DNA of 64,000 nt, taken from NCBI GenBank assembly GCA_042408215.1, contig JAYFMW010000030.1, positions 128,001 through 192,000 on the forward strand. The letters are read 5' to 3'. The stretch comes from Microcoleus sp. GTDB lineage: Bacteria; Cyanobacteriota; Cyanobacteriia; Cyanobacteriales; Microcoleaceae. Below are positions 1 to 9,562 of the stretch, piece by piece (positions within the stretch are counted from its first letter, which is position 1; each line of letters opens with the position of its first letter). The notes beneath the pieces were generated by a model that saw only the letters and a list, made by a program, of their open reading frames with translations, had not been told where the DNA came from and made no database searches. The position numbers and the translations under genes are program-made.

Positions 1-1487
1 AGCGACTTGCCAGTCATCCCACGCCCAAAGACAGCGGCCAACACAGCCCGCAATGTATCTTTACCGTTAGACCCCTCGCCGTGGCACAGCAAACCTTTAA
101 CGCCCCGCCCTGTCAACTTTGAACGCACCAGCTTCAAATTCAACGCAGCAGCAGCAGTCCGCAGGAATACCTCACGCTGCGACGGCTCCAAGCATTCTAA
201 AAGGCGATCGCAATCTGTCGGGTCAATGTCCGGGTCATACTTGCACCCAACATATGTGTAAACCTGTTCCTGGTTATCTGGCACGAGCAAGTGAGAGCCA
301 TCAGGATTGATTTTTAGCACTCCGTCGGGGGTGTTCAATCCGTCAGGGTTGATGGTATTAGGACGTATAGCCACAGACACTAGCAGGGTGTTGTAGACCT
401 CGTTGACGCTGGCAGAGTTAGCCCGTTTACAGCGGTATTTCCCTTGCACAAATTCAGAGTAAGTGTTCAACCAATCAAAGATGCGTCGCTTCTCAGTAGC
501 TTCAGTCCGTAGCTCGTGATGAGTACCTGTGAATTCAAAAAGTTGCTCCCCTATTGCTGCCCAAGGCCCTTTGGGATACAGCGCTTCGATAGCCTTCTGT
601 ATATAATTCTGCTCTGCAACAGGCGCGGTGTCTGGGATGTAGCCGTTCTTACTACGACTAGACGACAAACATACTACATTTTTACAAGTGCGCGGGTGAG
701 GAGTTAGAGAATTTAGTATGTCTTGAACACTGACGCCCTTGCTGTCAATCCAGTCTTTGACATCAAATCCTTGACTTTTTGGCAGATTGTCCCAAACCCA
801 AGAGGCAGGGTCACAGTACAGCCACTGAGCGTCTGGGAAATGTTGTGAAACTTTGGTCGCATCCTCAACCCCTGGTATGTCGCGGTCGGGAGTGATAACA
901 ACCTTCGCACCCTGTAAGTCGCTGGTGTCAGTGATTCGCCATTTACCCATGCCGCCGATGCTGGTGGTAGCAGCCAAACCTAAATCCCAGAAAACGTCAG
1001 CACACGATTCACCGTCAACGATGAAAATAAGCTGGCTATTTGCGATCGCCTTTTGGATATCGGCGCGACGGTAGACAGGGATGCAGGCACGTTCAACTTT
1101 GCCCAAACCCATTACCCAGTCGTTCTTGTCTTTATCCCAGTGCTGCTGCTTGATATCCTTCTTGCGTCCGTCGCCAAAATCAATCCGTCGCACTCTGGCA
1201 AGGGGTGAGCCGTCGCGGTTGGGATAAGGAAAATAGCGAGTATCTGCGGGTCGGATGGCTTTCTTTTGAATTGGAGCGTAGAAGATGTGACCGTCTGCAT
1301 CGGACTTACTGGTAATTTCCCAACCCGTAGCGGGCGGTTTGTCGCGGTTACAGACTGATAAATTGCCGATGGAGTAGCACCAGTCAGACTTGCCACAGTG
1401 CAGGCAAGGATTGTCTTTGGTTACACGAACAAGATTTCCACGGGTGCTTGAAGTTTGCCCGTCATTCGAGTTAATATTGTGGGACAT
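1..1487 (-). CDS. Phage/plasmid primase-helicase (Zn-finger + TOPRIM + D5/SF3 ATPase); runs off the window edge
   Basis: Manually translated open frame from ATG 1487 to base 1, absent from the ORF track because it has no stop in the window. Motifs: CLHCGKSDWC Zn finger; IVDGESCAD...PDRDIPG TOPRIM; Walker A HGEGSNGKDT. Confidence 0.85.
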   Translation of the reverse strand, partial: MSHNINSNDGQTSSTRGNLVRVTKDNPCLHCGKSDWCYSIGNLSVCNRDKPPATGWEITSKSDADGHIFYAPIQKKAIRPADTRYFPYPNRDGSPLARVRRIDFGDGRKKDIKQQHWDKDKNDWVMGLGKVERACIPVYRRADIQKAIANSQLIFIVDGESCADVFWDLGLAATTSIGGMGKWRITDTSDLQGAKVVITPDRDIPGVEDATKVSQHFPDAQWLYCDPASWVWDNLPKSQGFDVKDWIDSKGVSVQDILNSLTPHPRTCKNVVCLSSSRSKNGYIPDTAPVAEQNYIQKAIEALYPKGPWAAIGEQLFEFTGTHHELRTEATEKRRIFDWLNTYSEFVQGKYRCKRANSASVNEVYNTLLVSVAIRPNTINPDGLNTPDGVLKINPDGSHLLVPDNQEQVYTYVGCKYDPDIDPTDCDRLLECLEPSQREVFLRTAAAALNLKLVRSKLTGRGVKGLLCHGEGSNGKDTLRAVLAAVFGRGMTGKS

Positions 1488-2058
1488 GATGATTTGTCTC
1501 GTCTTTCTAAGAGATGGGTGAATTGCCTAAAACCGTTGCGTCTCAGGTACCAATTGATAGCAGCGGTTTTTTGGTGTCTAGAATTTGTTGAAAATTTAGA
1601 GCATAGGAGGTACCGCCCCGCTAGTTGACTAGGGGTGCGATTAAGCTGTCGTTACGTGCACAGCCACCTATTTCGATGCCAGGGAGAGGGATGAATCGGG
1701 CAATCGGAGGATCGAGGATACCCCCGCCTATTTTACTGGTTTGACTACAACGACCCGACCAAGCAAGTAACCAGACAGCAAAGACGCAGAGGAGCTAATA
1801 CCGGAAATTTAGTTCAGGACGCGGAGGAAAACTTTTTAACAGCTTCTTGACTTCTTCCTGTATTTCTTCCTCTAAGCACTTGCAGACAAGCTGCCAAAAT
1901 TCCCACTGATGGAAAGTCTTGATAGTCTTTAATGGGCCTTCTCCCATGCCGAAAAAAGAATTGAGACGATTACTGGCCAGCGCAAAATTATAAGAAATAC
2001 CCTGAAAACCCTGTGACTTTAGTCCAGGGATGAAAGGGCGTTGCAGGATTTATCCTGC

Positions 2059-2212
2059 CTACTCTCTTTGAGTTTCAATGTAACGCTTAACCGTTTCCGT
2101 ACAAATATTTCCAGCGGTTGAGACAAAGTAGCTAGGTATCCACAGTGTAGGCAATTTAAGTAATTACGGCGTTACTCTCATGTCTGTATTCGTCGGGTGA
2201 AAATTTACTCAT
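2059..2212 (-). pseudogene. tnpA: Internally deleted Y1 transposase remnant
   Basis: MSKFSPDEYRHESNAV fused to the C-terminal LWIPSYFVSTAGNICTETVKRYIETQRE motif typical of IS200 TnpA; HUH core missing. Confidence 0.75.
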
Positions 2213-2276
2213 TATTGCTTGACTTGTCTATTTATGGTGTATATTAAACATAGTATCATAACAGCCAGTAAATTAA

Positions 2277-3573
2277 ATGTACGCAGTACAAAAAGATGTT
2301 TGGCGTTTAAAGGAACTCGACAAAACCCTTGTCGAACAACTACTAAGATGGTCAAATAATCTGTTTAATGTCGGAACTTACGAAAGTCGGCAACAATACT
2401 TTAAGAACCAAATCGCAGTTAAATATCCAGATTTGTATAAAATAACCAAAGCCAACGAAAATTAGGGGTTGCTATACTCTCAAGTTGCCCAGCAATCTCT
2501 TAAATATGTCGCGGAATCTTTTACTTCTTTCCGAGCCTTAGAGAAGTTGGCAAATCAAGGAGAAATCCATCAAAAACCGAGACTACCAAGGTACAGAACC
2601 AAAGGGGGAATGTACCCCGTTTCCTATCCCGGTCAAGCCTTAAAGGTAATTGGAAATAAAGTCAGATTACCCCTGGGGAAAAAAGGAAAAGAATACTTTG
2701 GGACAGATGCGCTTTGGGTTCCGCTACCTGAACGGATCAAGAATTGCCAGATTAAAGAACTCAGATTAATCCCTAGGAATGGTGCGGTATGGGTCGAATA
2801 TGTCTACGAATCCCTGACTGAGCAAGCCCCTAGTTGCAGCTTGGAAGTAACAGGGGTTCTGGGCATCGATCGCGGCATCAATAACTGGTTAACTTGTGTC
2901 TCTAGCAATGGTAAACCTTTGATCATTGATGGACTTAGACTCAAGTCTTGGAACCAATGGTTTAACAAAGAAAAAGCGAGAATTTAATCAGAACACGTAA
3001 TACATAAATTGCCCAAAGGTTGATCGTCAAAAAGATTACAACAGTTGTCGGAAACTCGCACTAGAAGGATGAGAGATGCTGTCAACAAAGCAGTGAGAAC
3101 CATCGTAGATTATTGCGAAAATCACCAAATCAATGTCTTAGTCTTTGGCTGGAACAAGGGACAGAAGCAAGAGGTTAATATGGGGGTCGTGACTAATCAG
3201 AATTTTGTCCAAATACCCACTGCTAAAGTCAAAGATAGACTCCAACAACAATGTGACTTAAAGGGGTGGCGATTTGTCGAACAAGATGAATCTTACACAT
3301 CAAAAGCAAGTTTTTTAGACCGAGACATTTTGCCAGTAAAAGTCGGTGAAAAACCTGACAATTGGCAACCATCGGGTAAAAGAATCAAAAGAGGATTGTA
3401 CCGTTCTAGCACTGGACTGTCGATCAATGCAGACGTTAACGGTGCAGCTAATATCATTAGAAAATCAATCATTTGCCATAGACTCAATCCGCAGAGCGAG
3501 TGGGTAGCGGGTTGCTGACTAATCCTTTGAGAATTAAACTTTGGGCGGATTCATCCCCCAAAGTTTGTCCTGA
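2277..3573 (+). pseudogene. tnpB: TnpB pseudogene
   Basis: Colinear with intact 60616-61908, but with in-frame stops at 2463, 2985 and ~3021 and a 3' frameshift. Confidence 0.9.
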
Positions 3574-3855
3574 AGAATCCCCGTGTCTTCAGACCGGGGA
3601 GTGTCAAAAGTATCAAGCATCGTAATTTCCTCCTCATTGCCCCAAAGGTGCTTGTTGAGAAGTTTGATACTGCCAAGTAGTACGAAGGTGTCGTCTGTCA
3701 TTTCATTATTTTAGTAGTGGTGGTCGCCTTCGGAAAATCACCCCTGTTTCCCTAGCCAGGCTCTACGTCATCGATGTTATACATCGACGAATGAGTTTTT
3801 TGCGGGAAACGTAGACGGTGTAAAGGTTTCGCCAAACATCCGAAATTTCGGATAT

Positions 3856-4404
3856 TCACTCATTAACTAAGCGTTTGTACTCAGCCTCAGCAGCTTTATA
3901 TTTAGGTGAACCACCTTTAGATACTCCCCATATCTCAAGAATGATTTTTGCCTTGCCATAGCCCCGCGCCTTGAGTTGCATGATGCGTTCTGCGAGTTCC
4001 TGTTCTGCCTCAGTTAACTGGGATTGTTCCGAACGTTCTGCGGGTTCTGAATCACTACAAGTCAGTGATAGCAATCGTTCTAGGTGTTCGACTTGCTCTG
4101 AACGTTCGGAACCGTTCAGAATTTGTTCGGCTTCCTGTTGACGTTGCTGCTGGCTGACATAGGCAGATGTGGAAATTTCATCAATAACATCTGTGGCAAT
4201 TGCCCGCTCTTTAATTGCTTCAATTTCACCCTGTTGAGACAGTCTGTAGGCGATATTGCCAGATTTAACCGCACAAGCAATTGCCGTGCAAAGACTCACG
4301 CCTTGTATGGCTTTATGCCAACCAATTCTCTTATCTAAAACACTCAAAGGAGTTAGCCACAAAGTCAGTGCAGCACCGGATAAAACAAACATTTTTAAGT
4401 GCAT
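3856..4404 (-). CDS. Hypothetical island protein, N-terminal hydrophobic segments and C-terminal HTH-like motif
   Basis: 182-aa ORF; C-terminus GYGKAKIILEIWGVSKGGSPKYKAAEAEYKRL. Confidence 0.65.
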   Translation of the reverse strand: MHLKMFVLSGAALTLWLTPLSVLDKRIGWHKAIQGVSLCTAIACAVKSGNIAYRLSQQGEIEAIKERAIATDVIDEISTSAYVSQQQRQQEAEQILNGSERSEQVEHLERLLSLTCSDSEPAERSEQSQLTEAEQELAERIMQLKARGYGKAKIILEIWGVSKGGSPKYKAAEAEYKRLVNE

Positions 4405-4715
4405 TGTTCCCCCTCAATTAATCGGATCGAGTGTTCGTTAAGTTCATTAGCAACAGTCTCGAATTCTTCATAATTTGTATCATCCTTGATTGTTTCCCCC
4501 GCTAGATGCAAGTACCAAACTTCAAATCCATACTGTAAATCGAGCGGGTCTACATCGTAAACGCCTGGGTCGTAGTTGCCACGTTTTTTCTCATCTTTCT
4601 TTAGCCATTTTTTGATTCGTGCGGCATTCTCGGCTTTTTGTTCTTCAATAAAAAGCTTTAACAGCTCCTTACCGTCGGCTAGTAGATATAATTTCCCATC
4701 GACATTCAGGTACAT
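4395..4715 (-). CDS. Hypothetical island protein
   Basis: 106-aa ORF overlapping both neighbours in an operon-like array. Confidence 0.6.
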   Translation of the reverse strand: MYLNVDGKLYLLADGKELLKLFIEEQKAENAARIKKWLKKDEKKRGNYDPGVYDVDPLDLQYGFEVWYLHLAGETIKDDTNYEEFETVANELNEHSIRLIEGEQCT

Positions 4716-4969
4716 AGAAACACCCCCAAACCAATCAGCAGCATCGCCAAACCGCCAATTAGAACTGCTTGTAAGTCGGCAACTGAAACCTTCAGCAGTT
4801 GACTAATAGAGAAGTCCAAGAGCCAACACAGAATCCAAACAACAGCGACTGCTGCTATTAAAAACGTAATCGTCTTAAATGCCATCGGATGCAAACTCGC
4901 TACCCATCCCAATAGGGAGGAAGCGATGCACCAGGCGATAAAGTAATTCACCAAGTACATCACCCTCAT
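4706..4969 (-). CDS. Small hypothetical membrane protein (about 3 TM)
   Basis: 87-aa, very hydrophobic; translationally coupled to the upstream gene. Confidence 0.65.
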   Translation of the reverse strand: MRVMYLVNYFIAWCIASSLLGWVASLHPMAFKTITFLIAAVAVVWILCWLLDFSISQLLKVSVADLQAVLIGGLAMLLIGLGVFLCT

Positions 4970-5478
4970 TAGTTTGAGCCTCCCATTAACTTAGCTTTAA
5001 TTGCATCAATCCGAGTCCGTGCATCATTTTTAGCCTTGTCGATACCCAGTCCTAAACGAGCGTAACCAGGACGTAAACCATGCAGCTTTTTAGCTAAACC
5101 AGCATCAGCGCGTTTTTTTTCTAACTCATTCTCAGCTACAGCACCCTCATGTTTACGGTGCGATTTATGCACTGATTTGTCGGCTTCCTCAATCTTTGTC
5201 AGGGCTGCATAGGCGCGCTTAGATTGACGAGCACCATCGGTTTTCTCCTTTGCCAATTCCTTAATTATGTCAGCTTATTCCCGGTCAAAATAACGGGGTG
5301 TCGCCACAACTGGAACACTGCGGATACTGGAAAAGTTACCAGGATTTTGTGGGGTAATGACACCGGGTGCAGTAGTTGCTAACACTTTAGATTTGTCGAT
5401 TGCGTGTCCACCATCGTTACTTGTGGCAAGTTGATTTTCCTTGTTGCCACCACCAAACAGTCGTAGTTGTAAACTCAT
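4969..5478 (-). pseudogene. Hypothetical coiled-coil protein split by one nonsense codon
   Basis: ORFs 5275-5523 and 4969-5256 share a frame: ...YFDRE*ADIIKELAKEK...; ATG 5478 overlaps the upstream stop (ATGA). Confidence 0.65.
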
Positions 5479-5924
5479 TTTGTGGTTCCTGATTGAATAT
5501 TGATGTTGATGCGAACAGGGCATAGATTGAATGGGTTGATTGATGGCAACAAAGAAATTACCAACACAAACAGTCCTACAGTTGCTAAGGCAAGCGCAGC
5601 AAACTGACTGATGTCTACCCAGTCTAAAAAATTGATGGAATTCTGACTAAAATTGCACACTGGAAACGAGCCATCGTTAGTCCAGTCAGTTTTGTCTACA
5701 GTGTCTACAATGTCTACAGTGTCTACAGCGGACACTACGTTGCTATGCGATATGCTGCTTACCCGCTCGTACTCTAGGTTGTGGAATTCTAGCAGTGCTT
5801 CCCAAGTCGATGTCTTCAAGAGCTTGCCGAAAGATTTTGCATTGTCATTTGTAAGCCCACAATCATAAGCAAGCTGCTTGAGGCCGTCAATGCGACGGCG
5901 CGATACTATTGGGGGCTTATTCAT
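5475..5924 (-). CDS. Hypothetical island protein with C-terminal TM helix
   Basis: 149-aa ORF, first gene of the minus-strand cluster. Confidence 0.6.
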   Translation of the reverse strand: MNKPPIVSRRRIDGLKQLAYDCGLTNDNAKSFGKLLKTSTWEALLEFHNLEYERVSSISHSNVVSAVDTVDIVDTVDKTDWTNDGSFPVCNFSQNSINFLDWVDISQFAALALATVGLFVLVISLLPSINPFNLCPVRININIQSGTTK

Positions 5925-6104
5925 AGCATCCCCACAGTAAATTAAGAATTGCGATCGACTTTGTGGTCAATCGCCCTGAAAGTGGCATAATTTATAGGCT
6001 CCAAACGTTGTGAATGAACGGCTTGGGGAAGTCGTGGTTTGTTCGGTGCGACTAACACCGCTCAACCGCGCATCAATCTTCCTTAGTTACTCACGATTGC
6101 AGAC

Positions 6105-6135
6105 TTACACTTCCTTGTCAACACAGGAAGTGTAA
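6105..6135. promoter_or_regulatory. 11-bp inverted repeat (putative operator or terminator)
   Basis: ttacacttcct-N9-aggaagtgtaa; the spacer contains TTGACA on the minus strand, pointing into the island operon. Confidence 0.4.
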
Positions 6136-6186
6136 AGTTTTGTTTCGCTTCGCAACCCAAATAGCGGCCACAGAAAACAGGAATAT

Positions 6187-7407
6187 TCAACCCATATCAG
6201 ACTCTTGCACCACGCCCGGTAAATTAATACGCTCAATATCAAAGTGCAAATAGTGCTGCATAATTACTTCCGGCGAATTCCCTACAAGCTTAGCCAGCTT
6301 TTGAATAGGAAAGTCATTATTAGCGTGGTACGAAATCATCGTGTGTCTCAGATTGTATGGAATGCGATATCGCATCTCAAGATTCTTGAGTAATGTTTTC
6401 CAAACAACATTTAAAGCAGCCTGAATGATAGGTTTTCCCATCTCATTGGTAAACACAAAACCTTCTCGGTGCGGGATTGACTCAAGCAAAAGTTGCAATT
6501 CTTGATTGACCGGAAAAGTTCGCACCAGATCTGTTTTAGTACCTTGCTTTGAAACAATCTTGCCACCAGAAGTTAGTACCTGTGTCTCACAAAAAGTTAC
6601 GATTCTTTTGGTAATATTGACGTTATTCCATTTGAGAGCAATTGCCTCACTGGGACGGCAACCCGTCAACCAAAGAAAGTAAACGTACCTGTAATATTGA
6701 CTGTGCTTGCCCTTGAACCGAGAATGGGTATCATCTTTAAGAGCATTTAGGATGCGGTAAACTTCATCAACCGCGTACACGTCAATTTCTTTTTTCTCTT
6801 TTTTCTTGCCACTAATTTTGACCGACCCCAAAACATCACGATATTCGATACCCCACTTGCGAGGTATATTACCCTGCTTGCTGTTCCAGTCAACTGCCGC
6901 AGTTAAGTGCATAAACCGTTTTTTCGAGGTAGCAGCAGAGCGTTTTGTGTCATCCAGTATCCACTGAAGAATCTCTGACTTGTCCTCTAGTCGCTTAAAC
7001 AGACATTTTTCTAGCAGTCTAGAAACATGGGTAATTTCATTGTTGATGTAAGTTTGTTCCCACGCACCTAACGCTTGGTGAAAGTCAACATACTTTTTCC
7101 ACAGCAGTGAAAGTTCGTCTTTGCGAACTATACGCAGAGAAGCTTTGCTGCTATTAGCCAGTAGCGGTTTTAACTCCCCAACAAAAGTTCGCAGAGACTC
7201 CAAATCAATTATTTCAGCGGCGTCAACCAGTCGCTGTATTTCGCAGTCAAGCTTGCGTAACACCAGGGCCGTAAATTCATCAGAACCGAGTCCGATAGTC
7301 GATCGCCCAAATTTCTGATGCAAGCGTGCTGCGTAGTAGTGTCTGACTTGGTGTCGCTGCACCTGAAGATTCAGCCACCGAAACTCAGAATTTGCTACTG
7401 AGTACAT
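6187..7407 (-). CDS. Tyrosine recombinase / phage-type integrase
   Basis: LTGCRPSEAIALKW (R), YNLRH (x-x-x-R-H), VGNSPEVIMQHY (Y); adjacent to att. Confidence 0.92.
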   Translation of the reverse strand: MYSVANSEFRWLNLQVQRHQVRHYYAARLHQKFGRSTIGLGSDEFTALVLRKLDCEIQRLVDAAEIIDLESLRTFVGELKPLLANSSKASLRIVRKDELSLLWKKYVDFHQALGAWEQTYINNEITHVSRLLEKCLFKRLEDKSEILQWILDDTKRSAATSKKRFMHLTAAVDWNSKQGNIPRKWGIEYRDVLGSVKISGKKKEKKEIDVYAVDEVYRILNALKDDTHSRFKGKHSQYYRYVYFLWLTGCRPSEAIALKWNNVNITKRIVTFCETQVLTSGGKIVSKQGTKTDLVRTFPVNQELQLLLESIPHREGFVFTNEMGKPIIQAALNVVWKTLLKNLEMRYRIPYNLRHTMISYHANNDFPIQKLAKLVGNSPEVIMQHYLHFDIERINLPGVVQESDMG

Positions 7408-7535
7408 ATTTCCCTCTCCAAGCTGAGATTAATTCCACCCAGGAATGGTATATGAAAATGGTATATAAACAGCATCTATTTGAGTCGATGTTCGTACAAG
7501 CCTTATCGTGCAAGGGCTAGCGCCATAGAATAGGC

Positions 7536-7593
7536 AGACTCGAAATCTACTTTAAAGGCAACTTTAACGTGGGTTCAAATCCCACCCTCTCCG
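7536..7593 (+). tRNA. 5'-truncated tRNA-Ser(CGA) fragment = att site of the island
   Basis: aga-ctCGAaa-tctac anticodon loop, long variable arm ttaaag-gcaa-ctttaa, T arm gtggg-ttcaaat-cccac, acceptor 3' strand cctctccg. No matching 5' half upstream. Confidence 0.85.
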
Positions 7594-7619
7594 TTTAACA
7601 GTCAATGTTTACGGCATTC

Positions 7620-7653
7620 AAAAACTCGGTTTCTTAAAGAAACCGAGTTTTTT
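7620..7653. terminator. Intrinsic terminator, bidirectional
   Basis: aaaaactcggtttct-taa-agaaaccgagtttttt hairpin downstream of the tRNA fragment. Confidence 0.75.
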
Positions 7654-8000
7654 AGTATTTCTCGTCCCCAGATTTGTTTGTAGTCAGGACGGATGTCCTC
7701 CCGTCAACCCTATTGAGGACTAATACCAAATCCTGCTTAAATACTTCCTTGATCTCTCAAGTAGGAGCGCCTAATTAAACTATGTAAATTATTGTAAATT
7801 TATGCCAAATTGGCAACATAGTCTGGTTTCACGGGTTTTTAATGATTTTAGATAGCCCGGTATAGCAGTTCTCAATCTTGGTGTGGTATGCCCTATGCCC
7901 TATGCCCTATGCCCTATGCCCTATGCCCGCCGATCAAGCGTGCACCTGATGTTACTGAGAAAGGCTATATATTCGCACTATCTTCCTACAAGGAAATCCG

Positions 8001-8370
8001 ATATTAAAACCATTACCTATTGGTCATTTAGCAAGAAAGCCGATCGCACATTCACCGAATTTTTGAACAAAATCTGGGGATTTTCTGCTGAATCCGGCCG
8101 CAAAGTTGGCCGAGAAATTGCTCAAGAATCACTCCCATCCATACAGCAATCTGCCGCCGAAATCGCAGCCAGTTATCAGTGCGCGAAAGATCGATACGAC
8201 AGCAAACAGCAAGAATTCCAACAAGCCGAACAACAAGGGATTTTAGCTTAGGAAATTTGCAACAAAGAAGCCAGAAATTTAGCGATGGGAAAAGCGATCG
8301 CCATCCAACTGATTTTACCACAGTTAGCGTCAGAATTTAGGCAAGCCGAACAGGTGTTAAAAAACCATCA
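8001..8370 (+). pseudogene. PspA/IM30-like fragment
   Basis: ...YWSFSKKADRTF...EIAQESLPSIQQS...YDSKQQEFQQAEQQGILA*...EARNLAMGKAIAIQLILPQL resembles cyanobacterial PspA-like proteins; in-frame stop, truncated. Confidence 0.5.
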
Positions 8371-8576
8371 TAAGCTGATGCTGTCAGCAAAGGGTACAAG
8401 CATTGATGGTAGCGCCCCAACAGAATACCAGATACCCGACTTCTTCAAGTGCTGCGGGGAGCTAACAGAGATTTTTACACTATCTGTATTAGTAAGGTAC
8501 GCACTGCACACCCTACAATTAGAATCTGTGCGTCCAGGACTATAAAATCTAAAATTGTTGTAATATCAATTCCGGT

Positions 8577-9354
8577 GTGCGATTCGTTTAGCCTAAATGG
8601 ATAGGTTCTCCTATCCAGGGACGGTTAGCCTGACTCCGCTGCGAGTTAGTGATAACTGATTACACTTCTGGGTGAGACGTTAAGTCAAGTCCCAGTCCGC
8701 AGGTGCAGCGGTAAAAGCATATCCCCTATTTTGTTAGGTAGCAACTAACAGGATAAAGCGGGGATAAAAGGCAGAAAGACTCTTAGCCAAATGGAGTAGC
8801 TGTCGAGCCAGAACATATGCGTAGCGAAAGCAAAAATGTGTCTGAACCACCGTTATGATAGATGGTCAAATGGCTGATAGACCAAGCCAAAAGGCAAGGA
8901 TAGGGCATAAGCAATTATCGGATTGACTTATCAGCACTGCCCAAAAAACCCGGTGGAAAGCATTACGCTGTCATGTTCAACCAATGTGTAATCGGAACGA
9001 AGTAAAGCTCTCACAGCCCTTAAAAATAAGTAGGTTGCTAGCCGTAAGCTGTGAGTGTGAGGGATGGTTGCAGAAGCTAAAGCTCTGCTGTAATAGCAGA
9101 GATCTGCTGACAGCGCCTGGTGGTGTAAAAGATTGAGACTGAGTAACCCTTTAAAAGCCTAATGCCACAGAAAAATCTGATGGTGGGATGTAGGGGTAAA
9201 AGGAAAACTATCAAGCGGTATAAATCATCTCGTGATGCGATCGTACTGTATCCATAACCAGGATTACATCACTCAGGAGCCGTGTGCGGTGAAAGTCGCA
9301 AGCACGGTTTTGTAGGAGAGATGGTGGGGGACACTCTGCCATCGACTCTCTAAC
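8577..9354 (+). mobile_element. Group II intron, ORF-less (778 nt)
   Basis: 5' GTGCGATTCG; domain V GAGCCGTGTGCGGTGAAAGTCGCAAGCACGGTTTTG (~9277-9312); domain VI ending CTCTCTAAC. No RT ORF in domain IV. Confidence 0.9.
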
Positions 9355-9370
9355 TGCACCGTCAGGTGAT

Positions 9371-9560
9371 GTTGACTGTTGACTGTTGACTGTTGACTGT
9401 TGACTGTTGACTGTTGGCTGTTGGCTGTTGACTGTTGATGGTTTGAACAATACCGATGCAAGCGGAAACGATATAATGCCCTATGCCCTATGTCCAATGC
9501 CCTATGCCCAATGCCCAATGCCCAATGCCCAATGCCCAATTCCCAATGCCCAATTCCCAA
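9371..9560. repeat. Heptamer short tandem repeats (gttgact)n and (atgccca)n
   Basis: Visible directly. Similar STRR tracts at 7888-7928, 11045-11125, 11316-11380, 13553-13745, 16238-16380, 51525-51570 and 58330-58355. Confidence 0.9.
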
Positions 9561-9562
9561 AA

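Larger units (their letters stand above)
1992..3607 (+). mobile_element. IS200/IS605-family element, copy 1 (degenerate)
   Basis: Starts after TTAT with a left end nearly identical to copy 2 (aagaaataccctgaaaaccctgtgactttagtccagggatgaaagggcg). Ends in hairpin ...gaatccccgtgtcttcagaccggggagtgTCAA. No target duplication. Confidence 0.9.
1795..3701 (-). pseudogene. 96-aa hypothetical gene split by IS605-group insertion
   Basis: Joining 3701-3608 to 1991-1795 gives one in-frame ORF, MTDDTFVLLG...MLDT|YNFALASN...ELNFRY*. Confidence 0.7.
1..7593. mobile_element. Integrative element (satellite/plasmid-like island) inserted at tRNA-Ser(CGA); right end only
   Basis: Co-oriented primase-helicase, hypothetical genes and tyrosine integrase, ending at a 5'-truncated tRNA-Ser copy (att). 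Confidence 0.8.

Noticed and set aside
4990..5050. Island gene (IDKAKNDART) as target of spacers 10/12 (DKASETARNT)
   Set aside because: Only DKA and AR are shared; no convincing nucleotide match. I found no self-targeting spacer in the window by eye, which is not an exhaustive search.
7501..7593. Functional tRNA-Ser gene
   Set aside because: No acceptor 5' strand or D arm, and the anticodon stem is mismatched; it is an att remnant.
8985..9000. atcggaa as intron EBS1 pairing with the ttccggt exon end
   Set aside because: Complementary with one G-U pair, but it lies in what looks like a conserved structural motif of domain I; cannot be assigned without folding.
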